Positions 55,026-64,000 of a stretch of 64,000 nt of DNA are shown in pieces (positions within the stretch are counted from its first letter, which is position 1; every line of letters starts with the position of its first letter). The stretch lies in the IMG/VR virus record IMGVR_UViG_3300042866_001241, one strand, 5' to 3'. Under the pieces are notes generated by a model, which saw only the letters and a program-made list of their open reading frames with translations, was not told where the DNA came from and searched no databases. A program made the translations under genes and the position numbers. This DNA comes from an uncultured virus (IMG/VR IMGVR_UViG_3300042866_001241) (lineage: Duplodnaviria > Heunggongvirae > Uroviricota > Caudoviricetes).

Positions 55026-55592
55026 ATGGCTCTCGAACTGAAAGCATGCGCAAAGCAGGGGTGCGAGGCCCTCACATACCTCGACACAACCGGCACGTAT
55101 TCAGAGGCTAACCTCACTGGATACGGAACAGAGAACGGGGTGGAGTCCCCGTCCGACTTTGACACCTACACCCTGAGCGTATGGGCACCAGGTGTTGACC
55201 CCGAGACACAAGACCCGACCGCCGTCATCAACCTGTTGCAGAACCTGCCGACCCCGGACTCCAACGGGTATTACTCATGGGTTCTGGACCCTGCTACGCT
55301 TGGCGTATCGACCATTGAGGACGGTGTGTGGTACATGGAGGCTCGTGGCAACACGACCGTCGATGAGTATACCGTTGCCATTGACGTGATCGTGACCGCT
55401 ACGCTTGCTGCTGAGATCAAAGCGAAGATGCTCAAGTGGAAGCCGGGGTGTACCGGCTGCAACAAGGGCTGCGAGGATCCGAGCAAGCTGTTCATCGCCT
55501 TGACCATCCTGTGTGATGGTGGTGCATGCTCTTCTGCCAAGGCTTCTGAAATCATCAAGTGGCTGAAGGCCGCTGTAAAATCCTGCTGCTGA
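55026..55592 (+). CDS. Virion structural protein with Cys-rich C-terminus
   Basis: 188 aa, YLDTTGTYSEANLTGYG, ends KSCC. Confidence 0.7.
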   Translation: MALELKACAKQGCEALTYLDTTGTYSEANLTGYGTENGVESPSDFDTYTLSVWAPGVDPETQDPTAVINLLQNLPTPDSNGYYSWVLDPATLGVSTIEDGVWYMEARGNTTVDEYTVAIDVIVTATLAAEIKAKMLKWKPGCTGCNKGCEDPSKLFIALTILCDGGACSSAKASEIIKWLKAAVKSCC

Positions 55593-56869
55593 TGTGCGCT
55601 GGTAACTGCCAAGGATGCAACGATTGCACCCCCGTGGTGCTGAAAGGGAACCCTGGGCGCACCGGACCTCCCGGCCCTACGCCGACATTCACCGTGACAG
55701 CAACACCGCTTGCTGCCGGCGAAGACCCGACCATTGTTCAGGGCGGAACCGCCTTGAACCCTACGCTGAACTTCGGCATCCCGGCCGGAGCAACGGGTGC
55801 TACCGGATCCAACGGAACTGACGGTGATGATGCGACCGAACTGTTCACGACCCTTACGGCGTCGTTCACGCAGCCGAGCCTGAACACCTCCGTCACCATT
55901 CAGGTGGGGGACAGTTCATGGATGCAACCTGGAGCATGGCTGTACATCCGTGGTGGCGGATACTACCTCATCGCCTCGGTACCGAGCGCGACATCGGTAC
56001 AGATCGCCAACCCTGGAAGCAACACCATTTCTACCGGCGTTGGCTGGCCTACCGGCGTTCCTGGCAACGCTACGGCGGGGTCTACCGTGAACGTGGTGGT
56101 CGGATCACTGGCTGCGGTGCAGGTCATCCACGCTGCCGTTCCTGGCCTTGCTCCTGAGCAGGGTGATCCGGGTCCGGAGGGTCCGGTCGGCTTGTCCCCG
56201 GACATGCGGGTAGTGTACACGGTGCCGAGCACGGCTCCGGTCAGCGATGACCTGAGGTTCGTGTTCTTTGCTAATGCAGCCCCTCCGACTCCAGCTACCT
56301 CGTTCGTTCCGTACGCATGGAACGGGTCTTCGTGGGTTGCTGGACCGAACATCGCGGGACAGGGAGGCACCAAGACCTTCAGCGGAAGCGCAGACCCCGA
56401 TGTCACGCCTCCTTCGGGCAGCAACATCAACGACTACTACTGGCGCAACCAGGGTAGTTCGGTGGTGCTGTACGAGCGTACCGGAACTACGACATGGACG
56501 GTGCGTGCAACGCTTGCCTTGGGCGCTGTGACACAGACCATCAGCCACACCAGTCCCGGCACTGTTGCCCTTGACCTTGCCAACTTCTCGCAGAGCATTG
56601 GCGCTGACAAGGACATCACCCTGAATTGGGACGACACCAACAACAGCGAACAGGGGGAGTGGACCGTGGTGCTGGAGAACGTGGACGGAGGCTCGAACAT
56701 CGACCTCGACTTCACGGCTGCTCGGTGGGAGTATGACCCGGCCTTGACCGCCTTTGCCTCGCTGCCGATCTCGCTGGCACCTGCCGATGTGGTGGTCATC
56801 GAGTTCAAGAAGAACGTACGCTCCGGCTTGTACGTCATCACCAACTACTTCGCACCTACCGCTTTGTAA
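55592..56869 (+). CDS. Tail fibre-like protein with short collagen-like repeats
   Basis: MCAGNCQGCNDC, GxP triplets, LNFGIPAGATGATG. Confidence 0.75.
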   Translation: MCAGNCQGCNDCTPVVLKGNPGRTGPPGPTPTFTVTATPLAAGEDPTIVQGGTALNPTLNFGIPAGATGATGSNGTDGDDATELFTTLTASFTQPSLNTSVTIQVGDSSWMQPGAWLYIRGGGYYLIASVPSATSVQIANPGSNTISTGVGWPTGVPGNATAGSTVNVVVGSLAAVQVIHAAVPGLAPEQGDPGPEGPVGLSPDMRVVYTVPSTAPVSDDLRFVFFANAAPPTPATSFVPYAWNGSSWVAGPNIAGQGGTKTFSGSADPDVTPPSGSNINDYYWRNQGSSVVLYERTGTTTWTVRATLALGAVTQTISHTSPGTVALDLANFSQSIGADKDITLNWDDTNNSEQGEWTVVLENVDGGSNIDLDFTAARWEYDPALTAFASLPISLAPADVVVIEFKKNVRSGLYVITNYFAPTAL

Positions 56870-56872
56870 TCC

Positions 56873-59800
56873 ATGCTGACCACCCAGCAAGTAGTAAACC
56901 GGAGGAGCACCTACGCATGCTGTGCGTTGGACTACCTCCATAAGTACACCGTGGCGAACACCTATGGCGATGCCAAGTGTGCCAAGGAAAGCTGGGAAAA
57001 GGCGGTCTACATGAAGTGGGCTGCGGACATGATGTGCCAGACGCCGGTTCTCGATGGGGAGGACGGCTGCAACAGCATCGAGTTCGCCACCAAGGTTGCG
57101 GACAAGGCGGACTGCTACTGCAAGCAGTGTGGCTGTGAGCCTATCAGCCCGACGCTGCCCCCGGTTCCGAACGATTGCACCATCACGCCGGACTACACCG
57201 TGCTTGATACGGTGGACGTGGATGAGCGCCTGGTCATTGAGGCCGATACCCCGACCGTAGGTGACAGCTACTATGTGGTGACGGACTCCGGAGGGTCGGG
57301 ATGGACGGTGAACACCATCGTGACGTGGAATGGAGGCGGATGGGATGAGGTGGCCGTTCTTCAGGGACAGGTCGTGTTCTCTTCGGGAACCAACCTGTAC
57401 TGGACACCCGGAGCCAACGACGAGCCGGGTCCGCTGTTCCCGACCCTGACGGGATTCTTGGTGTCCTTCGACAACCAGTACGTCATTCAAAGCGCAGCCC
57501 CTCAGATAGCCATTCAGAGCACCCGGACGGTGCTGGTGCGCGGGTACGTCAACGGGGTGTGGCAGATCATCTTCTCCGGCCCCGAGACAGCCCTTGCCGT
57601 CCCCACGACCTACGACTTCAACACGCTCCCCATCACTGCTTTGCAGGTGGTGTACTTCGTGAGCAACGGATGCTCGTACACGGCCGGGGCTACGGTGGTG
57701 CCTCCGTTCGGAGAGTGCGGAACCATCAACGCTGTGATCACCCCCGTGAGCGATTGTTCTCAGAGCGAGTTCTCCGTGAACGTTGACATCCAGGATGTGA
57801 GCGGCTACCCGCTTGGCAGCTTGATACACAGCATCAACGGTGTGTTGCAGCCTGCCGAGCCAGCCGTCCTCGGAACCACGGTCCTCGGTCCATTCGACAC
57901 CGGAGATGTGGTGACCATCCGCATCACCAACGCACAGGACAGCGAGTGCGACTTCGATGCCGGGTCATACACCGACCCGAGCTACCCCATTTCCGATCGG
58001 ACGGTGACGGCTGCTGTGGACGTATCCTTCGAGGGAAGCCAAGTCCTTGGTGACAGCTACTTGGTGGTGAGCAACACGGGCAACATCACGAATGCGTGGT
58101 CGCCGTACGTTGGTCAGTTCTTCAACGGAGCCATCTTCATCCCGCTGAACGACGGCGAGATCGTGGAGAGCGCAGCAGTTCCTGGCTTTGACCGGTACTG
58201 GCAGCGCGTGAACAACGTGACGGTACAGATGTACCCGCCCATCATCCTCCAGAACGTACAGTCGTTCCCGTACCCGTGGCAGGTCGTCTCAGCGAACCCG
58301 ACCTCTGCCGCTACTCGCTTCCGGCCAACGGTCATTGAGGCGATGTTCGACGGCGACTGGCTCCCGATTTGGGTGGGACTGGAGGCTAATCTCGCTACGG
58401 GTCAGCAGGTGGACTTCACAAGCATCGGACTTGTGGAGCCTCAGGAAGTGCGTGTGACGTACTTCGGCACAGCCTGCCCCATCACCATCGAAAGCACCAT
58501 CGTCAGCGACCCCGTAGAACTGGAGTTCGAGTGCGGAGGCCCTGAGCAAATCCTTGGCAGCGGTGACCTGTACGACATCTACTACGACTGGAACGATGGG
58601 TTGTACCTGATTACCAGCGATGACGACGACCTGATCAACTCAGGCGACCCGGTATTTGCCGGCCTTGCCATCGGCGACATCATCGACGTGGATGCTACGT
58701 ACGTCAGCACCCCTCCTCCCGGAACGGTCCTATATCTGAGCAACGGGGGTGGTGCCTACTACATCGTTGGCACTCAGCCCGGAGAACTCATCCTGTCCCC
58801 GTATCAGGGAGTTGGACAGGTGTATATGTTCACCCAGCAACCTTCTTCGTTGCAGACGTGGACTTTCATTACCGATAGCCTTGGAGCAACCGTAACCATC
58901 TACTTCGTTCAGGGGACGATGGGGGCTGGAAATGTAATCCGCTTGTATGACGGAACGAATGATGGCGACCCATCAATCATTTCCGGGAACTTCCCCAACC
59001 TGTCTGGCGCGTCGTATTCGTCTACTGGACAGAATATGTACATGGAGGCAGAAAGTGATGCTGACCCAACGGACGCTCAGACCCCGTGGATATTCATTGT
59101 CAACTGCACTTCTGGATCAACACAGCCGGGGGCATCAGCAAGTCCTGCCGACAACTGCACGGACTACAACTTCTCTATTGACATCGACATCATCGACGTG
59201 GGCGATAGCGCCGGAGGCGTGGTGAACATCCAGTACGTTGTGGATGGAGTAGTGACAACCGTTGCCGGAGTAGGCACCGGCATCACCACCATTGGTCCGT
59301 TCGACTACGATGACACCGTTCAGGTGTACGTCCGCAACCTGACTGACCCATCCGCCGACCTGTGGCTTGGCTCGTTCCAAAGCAGTGGCACTTGCCCTGC
59401 CCCTCCGGACCCGTGCCTGCCTGAAAGCACTTTCAAGATCGACATCATGGGCGATCTGTCGGAACTTCCCGACCCGCCGCCCAATCCTCTGATCAGCCAG
59501 TTCTTCTATGTGCTGTCTGACAACACCAACATAGGAACCTTTGAGGTGGCTTCCATCCTCGCATGGGATCTTATGTCTCAGTCGTGGGAGCTATTGTTCG
59601 TTGCGCCGGACGGGTCATTCATCTATGGACCTCAGACCATTGTTGCAGGAACGCTTGAAGAGGTGACCATCTTCGGAAACGGACCTGGTGGGCCGTACCT
59701 CGCATTCGCGCCTATCCTGGTAGGCATCAACCCCGACGTAACCGGCATCACCGACAACTTCCGCATCAAGATAGATGTCGTTGAGAACGGACAGGTGACC

Positions 59801-60004
59801 ACCGACCGGCCGGTGAAGTTGCAGGTGTTCAGCGAGGGGGTATGGGTGGATGTGTGGTTCGGAACAGAACAAATGCTCAATCAGTGGACGCCCATCGGAG
59901 TGACCATCCCGTTCACGCTCACCCGCAGCGTGTACAACTACAACACCTGCGCGGTGGAGGCAGCGTACATCATCGACATCCAACAAGGACTTCAGACGCC
60001 ATGA
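56873..60004 (+). CDS. Large acidic fibre/adhesin-like protein with CUB-like domain and internal repeats
   Basis: 1043 aa, Cys-rich N-terminus, VTIYF...IRLYDG...YSSTG..MYMEAESD. Confidence 0.75.
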   Translation: MLTTQQVVNRRSTYACCALDYLHKYTVANTYGDAKCAKESWEKAVYMKWAADMMCQTPVLDGEDGCNSIEFATKVADKADCYCKQCGCEPISPTLPPVPNDCTITPDYTVLDTVDVDERLVIEADTPTVGDSYYVVTDSGGSGWTVNTIVTWNGGGWDEVAVLQGQVVFSSGTNLYWTPGANDEPGPLFPTLTGFLVSFDNQYVIQSAAPQIAIQSTRTVLVRGYVNGVWQIIFSGPETALAVPTTYDFNTLPITALQVVYFVSNGCSYTAGATVVPPFGECGTINAVITPVSDCSQSEFSVNVDIQDVSGYPLGSLIHSINGVLQPAEPAVLGTTVLGPFDTGDVVTIRITNAQDSECDFDAGSYTDPSYPISDRTVTAAVDVSFEGSQVLGDSYLVVSNTGNITNAWSPYVGQFFNGAIFIPLNDGEIVESAAVPGFDRYWQRVNNVTVQMYPPIILQNVQSFPYPWQVVSANPTSAATRFRPTVIEAMFDGDWLPIWVGLEANLATGQQVDFTSIGLVEPQEVRVTYFGTACPITIESTIVSDPVELEFECGGPEQILGSGDLYDIYYDWNDGLYLITSDDDDLINSGDPVFAGLAIGDIIDVDATYVSTPPPGTVLYLSNGGGAYYIVGTQPGELILSPYQGVGQVYMFTQQPSSLQTWTFITDSLGATVTIYFVQGTMGAGNVIRLYDGTNDGDPSIISGNFPNLSGASYSSTGQNMYMEAESDADPTDAQTPWIFIVNCTSGSTQPGASASPADNCTDYNFSIDIDIIDVGDSAGGVVNIQYVVDGVVTTVAGVGTGITTIGPFDYDDTVQVYVRNLTDPSADLWLGSFQSSGTCPAPPDPCLPESTFKIDIMGDLSELPDPPPNPLISQFFYVLSDNTNIGTFEVASILAWDLMSQSWELLFVAPDGSFIYGPQTIVAGTLEEVTIFGNGPGGPYLAFAPILVGINPDVTGITDNFRIKIDVVENGQVTTDRPVKLQVFSEGVWVDVWFGTEQMLNQWTPIGVTIPFTLTRSVYNYNTCAVEAAYIIDIQQGLQTP

Positions 60005-60237
60005 CAACACCGAGCGATCAGGCCAAAGATGCCGCCCTCCTCGCCTCCGGCATTATCAATGCAGCCCTTCCTACGTGGGTGTCGCTACTTCCTGATGCTA
60101 CGGAGGCGCTTGAGGCTGCGCTGAGGATCATGGTTGCCATGGCGACTCTGGTGTTCCTTGTGAGCAGGATCATCTACTACCGCAAGAAGACCAAGTTGCT
60201 GACCCGTAAGAACGCAAAAGAGGACAACGATGAGTGA
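60001..60237 (+). CDS. Putative holin
   Basis: 78 aa, hydrophobic helices, basic then acidic tail, upstream of amidase. Confidence 0.6.
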   Translation: MTTPSDQAKDAALLASGIINAALPTWVSLLPDATEALEAALRIMVAMATLVFLVSRIIYYRKKTKLLTRKNAKEDNDE

Positions 60238-60331
60238 GCTATTCGCACTGCTGCTGGGATACGCAGCCGGGTACTTGTGGGCTACCAAGAGGGGAACCCT
60301 CACTGACATCATCAACCGCTTCATCAAATGA
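60230..60331 (+). CDS. Small membrane protein (33 aa)
   Basis: MSELFALLLGYAAGYLWATKRG..., overlapping start/stop. Confidence 0.5.
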   Translation: MSELFALLLGYAAGYLWATKRGTLTDIINRFIK

Positions 60332-60498
60332 CAGAGCTGATCACCATATACAGCGATGCTGAGTTCTGGCACTTCAACAAGCAGAACATCGCCCTTGCCA
60401 TCGTGGTCGCTTCGGCCACTGGCATGGTGTTCGGCCTGACCCATGAGCTTGGAAAGACCCTGTGGTTCTTCATCAAGAAGCTGTTCGCCAACAAGTAA
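60328..60498 (+). CDS. Small membrane protein (56 aa)
   Basis: MTELITI...IALAIVVASATGMVFGL..., ATGA and TAATG overlaps. Confidence 0.55.
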   Translation: MTELITIYSDAEFWHFNKQNIALAIVVASATGMVFGLTHELGKTLWFFIKKLFANK

Positions 60499-61067
60499 TG
60501 AACGTCAAGAGGGTAGCCGGAAGGTGGGTCACGAAGTTGGCCTTGCGCGGGGCGGTCACCATGACCGCTGCCGGCTCTGCCGTGGGTTACTCCTCGAACA
60601 TCATCGACCTGCGCGACCAGCTTCCCCGCCGCCCGGACGTAGAGTACCGGCACCGGGTAGAGAACGAGGTGGACGGTATCGTATGGCACCACTCAGCCAC
60701 ACGCGCTCAGACCATCCGCTCCATTGCGGACTACCATACACGGGTGAAGGGCTGGCCGGAGATAGGCTACCACTACGCAGTGGGACATGACGGTAGGATC
60801 TACCAGTTGCTCGACGTGAAGAAGTGGAGCAACCATGCACAGGGCTACAACCGTAGGACCATCGGAGTAGTGCTGATCGGCAACTATCACGAGAGGGAGA
60901 TGCCGGAAGCCATGAAATCCTCTGTGCTGTACCTGCAAGAGTATCTCTGCGATACCTACAACATCGACTACGTGTGGCTGCACCGGGACACTAAGCCGAC
61001 CGCTTGCCCTGGCAACTACGCATCTGAGTTCCTGAAGAACATCCAATTCGGACCACGACCCCAATAA
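60498..61067 (+). CDS. Endolysin, N-acetylmuramoyl-L-alanine amidase (Amidase_2)
   Basis: IVWHHSAT...GWPEIGYHY...HAQGYN..TIGVVLIGNY...HRD..PTACPG. Confidence 0.92.
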   Translation: MNVKRVAGRWVTKLALRGAVTMTAAGSAVGYSSNIIDLRDQLPRRPDVEYRHRVENEVDGIVWHHSATRAQTIRSIADYHTRVKGWPEIGYHYAVGHDGRIYQLLDVKKWSNHAQGYNRRTIGVVLIGNYHEREMPEAMKSSVLYLQEYLCDTYNIDYVWLHRDTKPTACPGNYASEFLKNIQFGPRPQ

Positions 61068-61077
61068 CCAACCTGCC

Positions 61078-63465
61078 ATGCCACGAGCTACCATCGACCT
61101 ACAAGCAGCCTACGGCCTCGACTACACCAAAGGCGTACGCACCATCGGACAGGACATGAACCTTGCCGCAGCGCAAGCCCTGTTCCCGACCTTCTACACG
61201 CGGATGACCACCCGTGGTCCCATGTTCCGCAACCAGCCCTTGACCAGTTCCCAATTCCTGCAACTCAGTTGGTTCGATGCCTGCTGGGGTGAGGCGGTGT
61301 GGTCCGGCTTGGGCGGTGGACAGAACATCACCAACGGGTTCCTGAACAGCCAGAACGGGGTGATCGTACCAAAGGGGTACTACTACCAGACCATCCCGGC
61401 TGAGTTCTCTGCCGGCCGGTACAAGGCCAATGGAACCGGGTTCGTCAGCCCTATTGTAGGCAGCGGCAACGACTCCAACAACACCCGCTTCGCCCCGTGG
61501 CATGAGCAGTGGCTGGGCAGTCCGACCGAGCGACACCTGTTCGTATCCGGTAGCTGGGGCCTTTCGGGCAACCAAGGATATGTAGAGGGTACTTGGTTCG
61601 AGGGAGGCTGGCGCTTCGACGGTCGTCAGGACGCATCGACCGCTATCATCAACGATGCCTTCTTCTCCACGGCCATCCGTCAGTGGAAGCCCGGTGAGGT
61701 GACCGGCATTGACGCTGCATGGGCCGAGAACATGCGGACTCGTGGCTATGAGTACTTCGGAGCCACTCCATCCTATATGGGCAACATCAGCGCCTTCCAG
61801 TGCGTACAGGCTGGCATTGGACTGGCAGGAAGCTGGGGCGCTACCATGAACATCGACATTCTGAGCAGCGACGCCTGCGGAGCGATGTTCGATATGTACC
61901 CACTCGCTGGTTCTGAGCAGGGCGGTACCATCAACATCGGGGCGATCAAGAACGAGACGATGGTAGCCTCTGCCGGCCGGTCCTTCCGTGGTCAGGTGGT
62001 GGGTGTGCTGCGTGGTCAGTTCGCCGTGAACATCGGAGTGGTATCCGGAGCGGTGGGTGGCGGGTTGCTGCCAGCCCTGTTCATTGCTGACAGCCGCCTG
62101 AGCAACGGCAACGTACAGCGCGGGCACCTGCGCATCGGAAGCATGAAGGGCTTCAACTTCACGCACATCCTCCACGACATCCGCCTGGGTCGTGCCTTCC
62201 CGAAGATCGGGGACTACCAATCGCACAGCTTCGAGTTCGACAGCGCCGGAACCACCGGCAGCAACAGTTCCGCTTGGTGGACGGGTAGCCAGCCTATCAC
62301 CCCGGTAACCGGCTTGGCTCAGTACCGCGTGAACCACCAGGTAGGCTCGTTGACCCCCATCAACATGGCGGCATCGGCGAACCCGCAGATCTACCGGGAG
62401 ATCATCGTTGCTCCCCCGGCGTTCACCAACATCGTGTACCTCGACGGCTCTACGCCCCCGCCTCCCGCCCCTCCTGTTCCGACCTTCATCTCGGTGTCCC
62501 TCGCTGAGACGACCATCACCGGACCAGGAACGGTACAGGCTACGGCCGTGGTGACCGACCAGTACGGCAACGTGGTGACCAACGCCGGAACCTGGAGCAT
62601 CGTGAGCGGACCCGGAACCATCAACGGCTCCGGCTTGGTGACGGCGAACGGAACGGCAGGCAACATCGTGGTGCGCTACTCTCAGGGCAGCGTAGTAGGC
62701 GATGCCACCCTGACCGTCACCACCCAGCAGGTCAGCGTACCCACCACCGTCACAGTCAGCCTGAGCAACGGCACTATCACCGTTCCTGCTACGGCACAGG
62801 CAACGGCCGTGGTGCGTGACCAGTTCAACAACATCATGCCCCTGACGGGTACGTGGAGCATCGTGAGCGGACCCGCCGCCGTCTCTCAGTCCGGCCTCGT
62901 AACCCCGACCGGCACAGCAGGTACCGCCGTGGTGCGCTACACCCAAGGCACGGTGAACGGAACGGCCTCGCTGACCATCCAAGCCGCCGTGGTGCCGCCT
63001 CAGCCTCAGACCCCGCTGTACTCGGTGACCTTCGCCGGCCAGAACATCCTTGCCCTTCCGGGGTGCCAAGCCATCCCTGCCAACCGTCCGTGGCAGGCCG
63101 GGTCTATCAGCGGGGCTACGTACAGCACGTACTTCCAGCCGTCACAGACCGCCATCAACACCAAGCACACCTTCACCACTCCGATCGCCGGGGTGAAGCG
63201 GGTGGTGCTGAAGCAGGCGGTGATCAAGGAAGCGATCGCATCGCGGTTCCTGAACAGCGACATCCGCACCAACGGGAACCGTCAGTTCTTCCTGGCATCC
63301 AGCAGTTCGACCATCCTTGGGTCGTTCGTACCGAATGCTCCGAAGGCGGACATCACCATCATCTTCCCCACGGTACAGACCATCGAGACGCTCTTTGGAG
63401 CCTCCGGCAGCACGAACAACACGTTGTGGCTGGAGTGCGAAGGACTGGAGTTGTGGGCGAACTAA
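61078..63465 (+). CDS. Virion surface protein with possible beta-helix and two Ig-like (Big_2-type) repeats
   Basis: Duplicated QATAVVxDQ...GTWSIVSGP..(I/V)..SGLVT..GTAG..VVRY.QG.V.G.A.LT. Confidence 0.8.
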   Translation: MPRATIDLQAAYGLDYTKGVRTIGQDMNLAAAQALFPTFYTRMTTRGPMFRNQPLTSSQFLQLSWFDACWGEAVWSGLGGGQNITNGFLNSQNGVIVPKGYYYQTIPAEFSAGRYKANGTGFVSPIVGSGNDSNNTRFAPWHEQWLGSPTERHLFVSGSWGLSGNQGYVEGTWFEGGWRFDGRQDASTAIINDAFFSTAIRQWKPGEVTGIDAAWAENMRTRGYEYFGATPSYMGNISAFQCVQAGIGLAGSWGATMNIDILSSDACGAMFDMYPLAGSEQGGTINIGAIKNETMVASAGRSFRGQVVGVLRGQFAVNIGVVSGAVGGGLLPALFIADSRLSNGNVQRGHLRIGSMKGFNFTHILHDIRLGRAFPKIGDYQSHSFEFDSAGTTGSNSSAWWTGSQPITPVTGLAQYRVNHQVGSLTPINMAASANPQIYREIIVAPPAFTNIVYLDGSTPPPPAPPVPTFISVSLAETTITGPGTVQATAVVTDQYGNVVTNAGTWSIVSGPGTINGSGLVTANGTAGNIVVRYSQGSVVGDATLTVTTQQVSVPTTVTVSLSNGTITVPATAQATAVVRDQFNNIMPLTGTWSIVSGPAAVSQSGLVTPTGTAGTAVVRYTQGTVNGTASLTIQAAVVPPQPQTPLYSVTFAGQNILALPGCQAIPANRPWQAGSISGATYSTYFQPSQTAINTKHTFTTPIAGVKRVVLKQAVIKEAIASRFLNSDIRTNGNRQFFLASSSSTILGSFVPNAPKADITIIFPTVQTIETLFGASGSTNNTLWLECEGLELWAN

Positions 63466-63506
63466 GCGTGGTCCCTCCGGCTGGTAGGTCCGGGAGGTGA
63501 GGGGCG

Positions 63507-63575
63507 GGCCTCGGAGAAATCCGGGGCCTTGCTCTTTGGTAGAAACAACAAGCCCCCGGAATTATCCGAGGGCCT
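63507..63575. terminator. Pair of hairpins between convergent genes
   Basis: GGCCTCGGA-gaaa-TCCGGGGCC then T-rich; GCCCCCGGA-atta-TCCGAGGGC preceded by an A-rich tract. Confidence 0.7.
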
Positions 63576-63598
63576 GCTGCCTTGTCGGGTAGTGGGGC

Positions 63599-63865
63599 CT
63601 ACTTCTTCTTGATGCCTGCCTTGGCGTACTTGCGTGCCTTCTTCGGAGCCTTGTTCGACAGCGGCATGATGTCAACTCCGAGGGCTGCGTTCAGCTTGGC
63701 GATGAGTTCGAGGTCCACCTTGGCGGATCCGAGTTCAAAGAGCCGGTTGGCGATGCGCTGAGCCATGTGGCCGAGGATTTTGTTTGCCTCGTGCTCGTGG
63801 TGCCACTCGGACAGCACGCTCACCTTGCGCTCAAGCTCCTGTACCCGCTTCTCAAGGTCGGTCAT
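63599..63865 (-). CDS. Hypothetical protein with basic tail
   Basis: 88 aa ORF. Confidence 0.7.
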   Translation of the reverse strand: MTDLEKRVQELERKVSVLSEWHHEHEANKILGHMAQRIANRLFELGSAKVDLELIAKLNAALGVDIMPLSNKAPKKARKYAKAGIKKK

Positions 63866-63868
63866 GGC

Positions 63869-64000
63869 CTACTTCTTCTTGGGAGCCGCCTTTTTGGGCT
63901 TCATGCTCGGGTGCTCGACGGTCAGGAACTTTCCAGCCTCGCCCATCACCCACGCATCGCCAAGTGCATTGTACAACGCAAGCAGGCCCTTCGTGGCGTT
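63869..64000 (-). CDS. Hypothetical protein, partial (starts beyond window)
   Basis: Open minus frame ending ...PKKAAPKKK followed by TAG at 63869. Confidence 0.55.
   Translation of the reverse strand, partial: NATKGLLALYNALGDAWVMGEAGKFLTVEHPSMKPKKAAPKKK

Noticed and set aside
26215..63465. Stop-codon reassignment as in some crAss-like phages
   Set aside because: Genes are long and intact under the standard code, and TAG, TGA and TAA all end genes at natural boundaries.
1..64000. tRNA genes, diversity-generating retroelement, introns/inteins, transposases
   Set aside because: No cloverleaf, reverse transcriptase, TR/VR pair, intein or transposase motifs noticed by eye. A tool-based scan could still find weak cases.

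Overview
A 64 kb segment of a GC-rich dsDNA tailed phage genome. Many TAnnTTTG promoter boxes and the absence of Shine-Dalgarno sites point to a Bacteroidota host. Positions 1-16 kb form a leftward (minus-strand) early region of small genes, including an HU/IHF-like protein, an SSB-like protein and an XRE-like regulator. A non-coding GGCC/CCGG-rich stretch at about 16.0-16.8 kb marks the strand switch. Positions 16.8-63.5 kb are mostly rightward and carry a glycosyltransferase/methyltransferase, a podovirus (crAss-like) morphogenesis module (terminase, portal, scaffold, capsid, tail rings, tail stabiliser), candidate ejected proteins including a 3459 aa polyvalent protein, fibre-like proteins and lysis genes. 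The standout feature is an integron-type gene cassette array at 4.9-8.4 kb inside the early operon. It has ten attC-like hairpins and ten cassettes, each bracketed by its own complementary GTT/AAC core pair, with an attI-like junction at 4929. Every cassette ORF appears antisense to attC polarity, one cassette is ORF-less and strongly structured, and no integrase is present in the window. All product calls come from motif recognition by eye, not from database searches.
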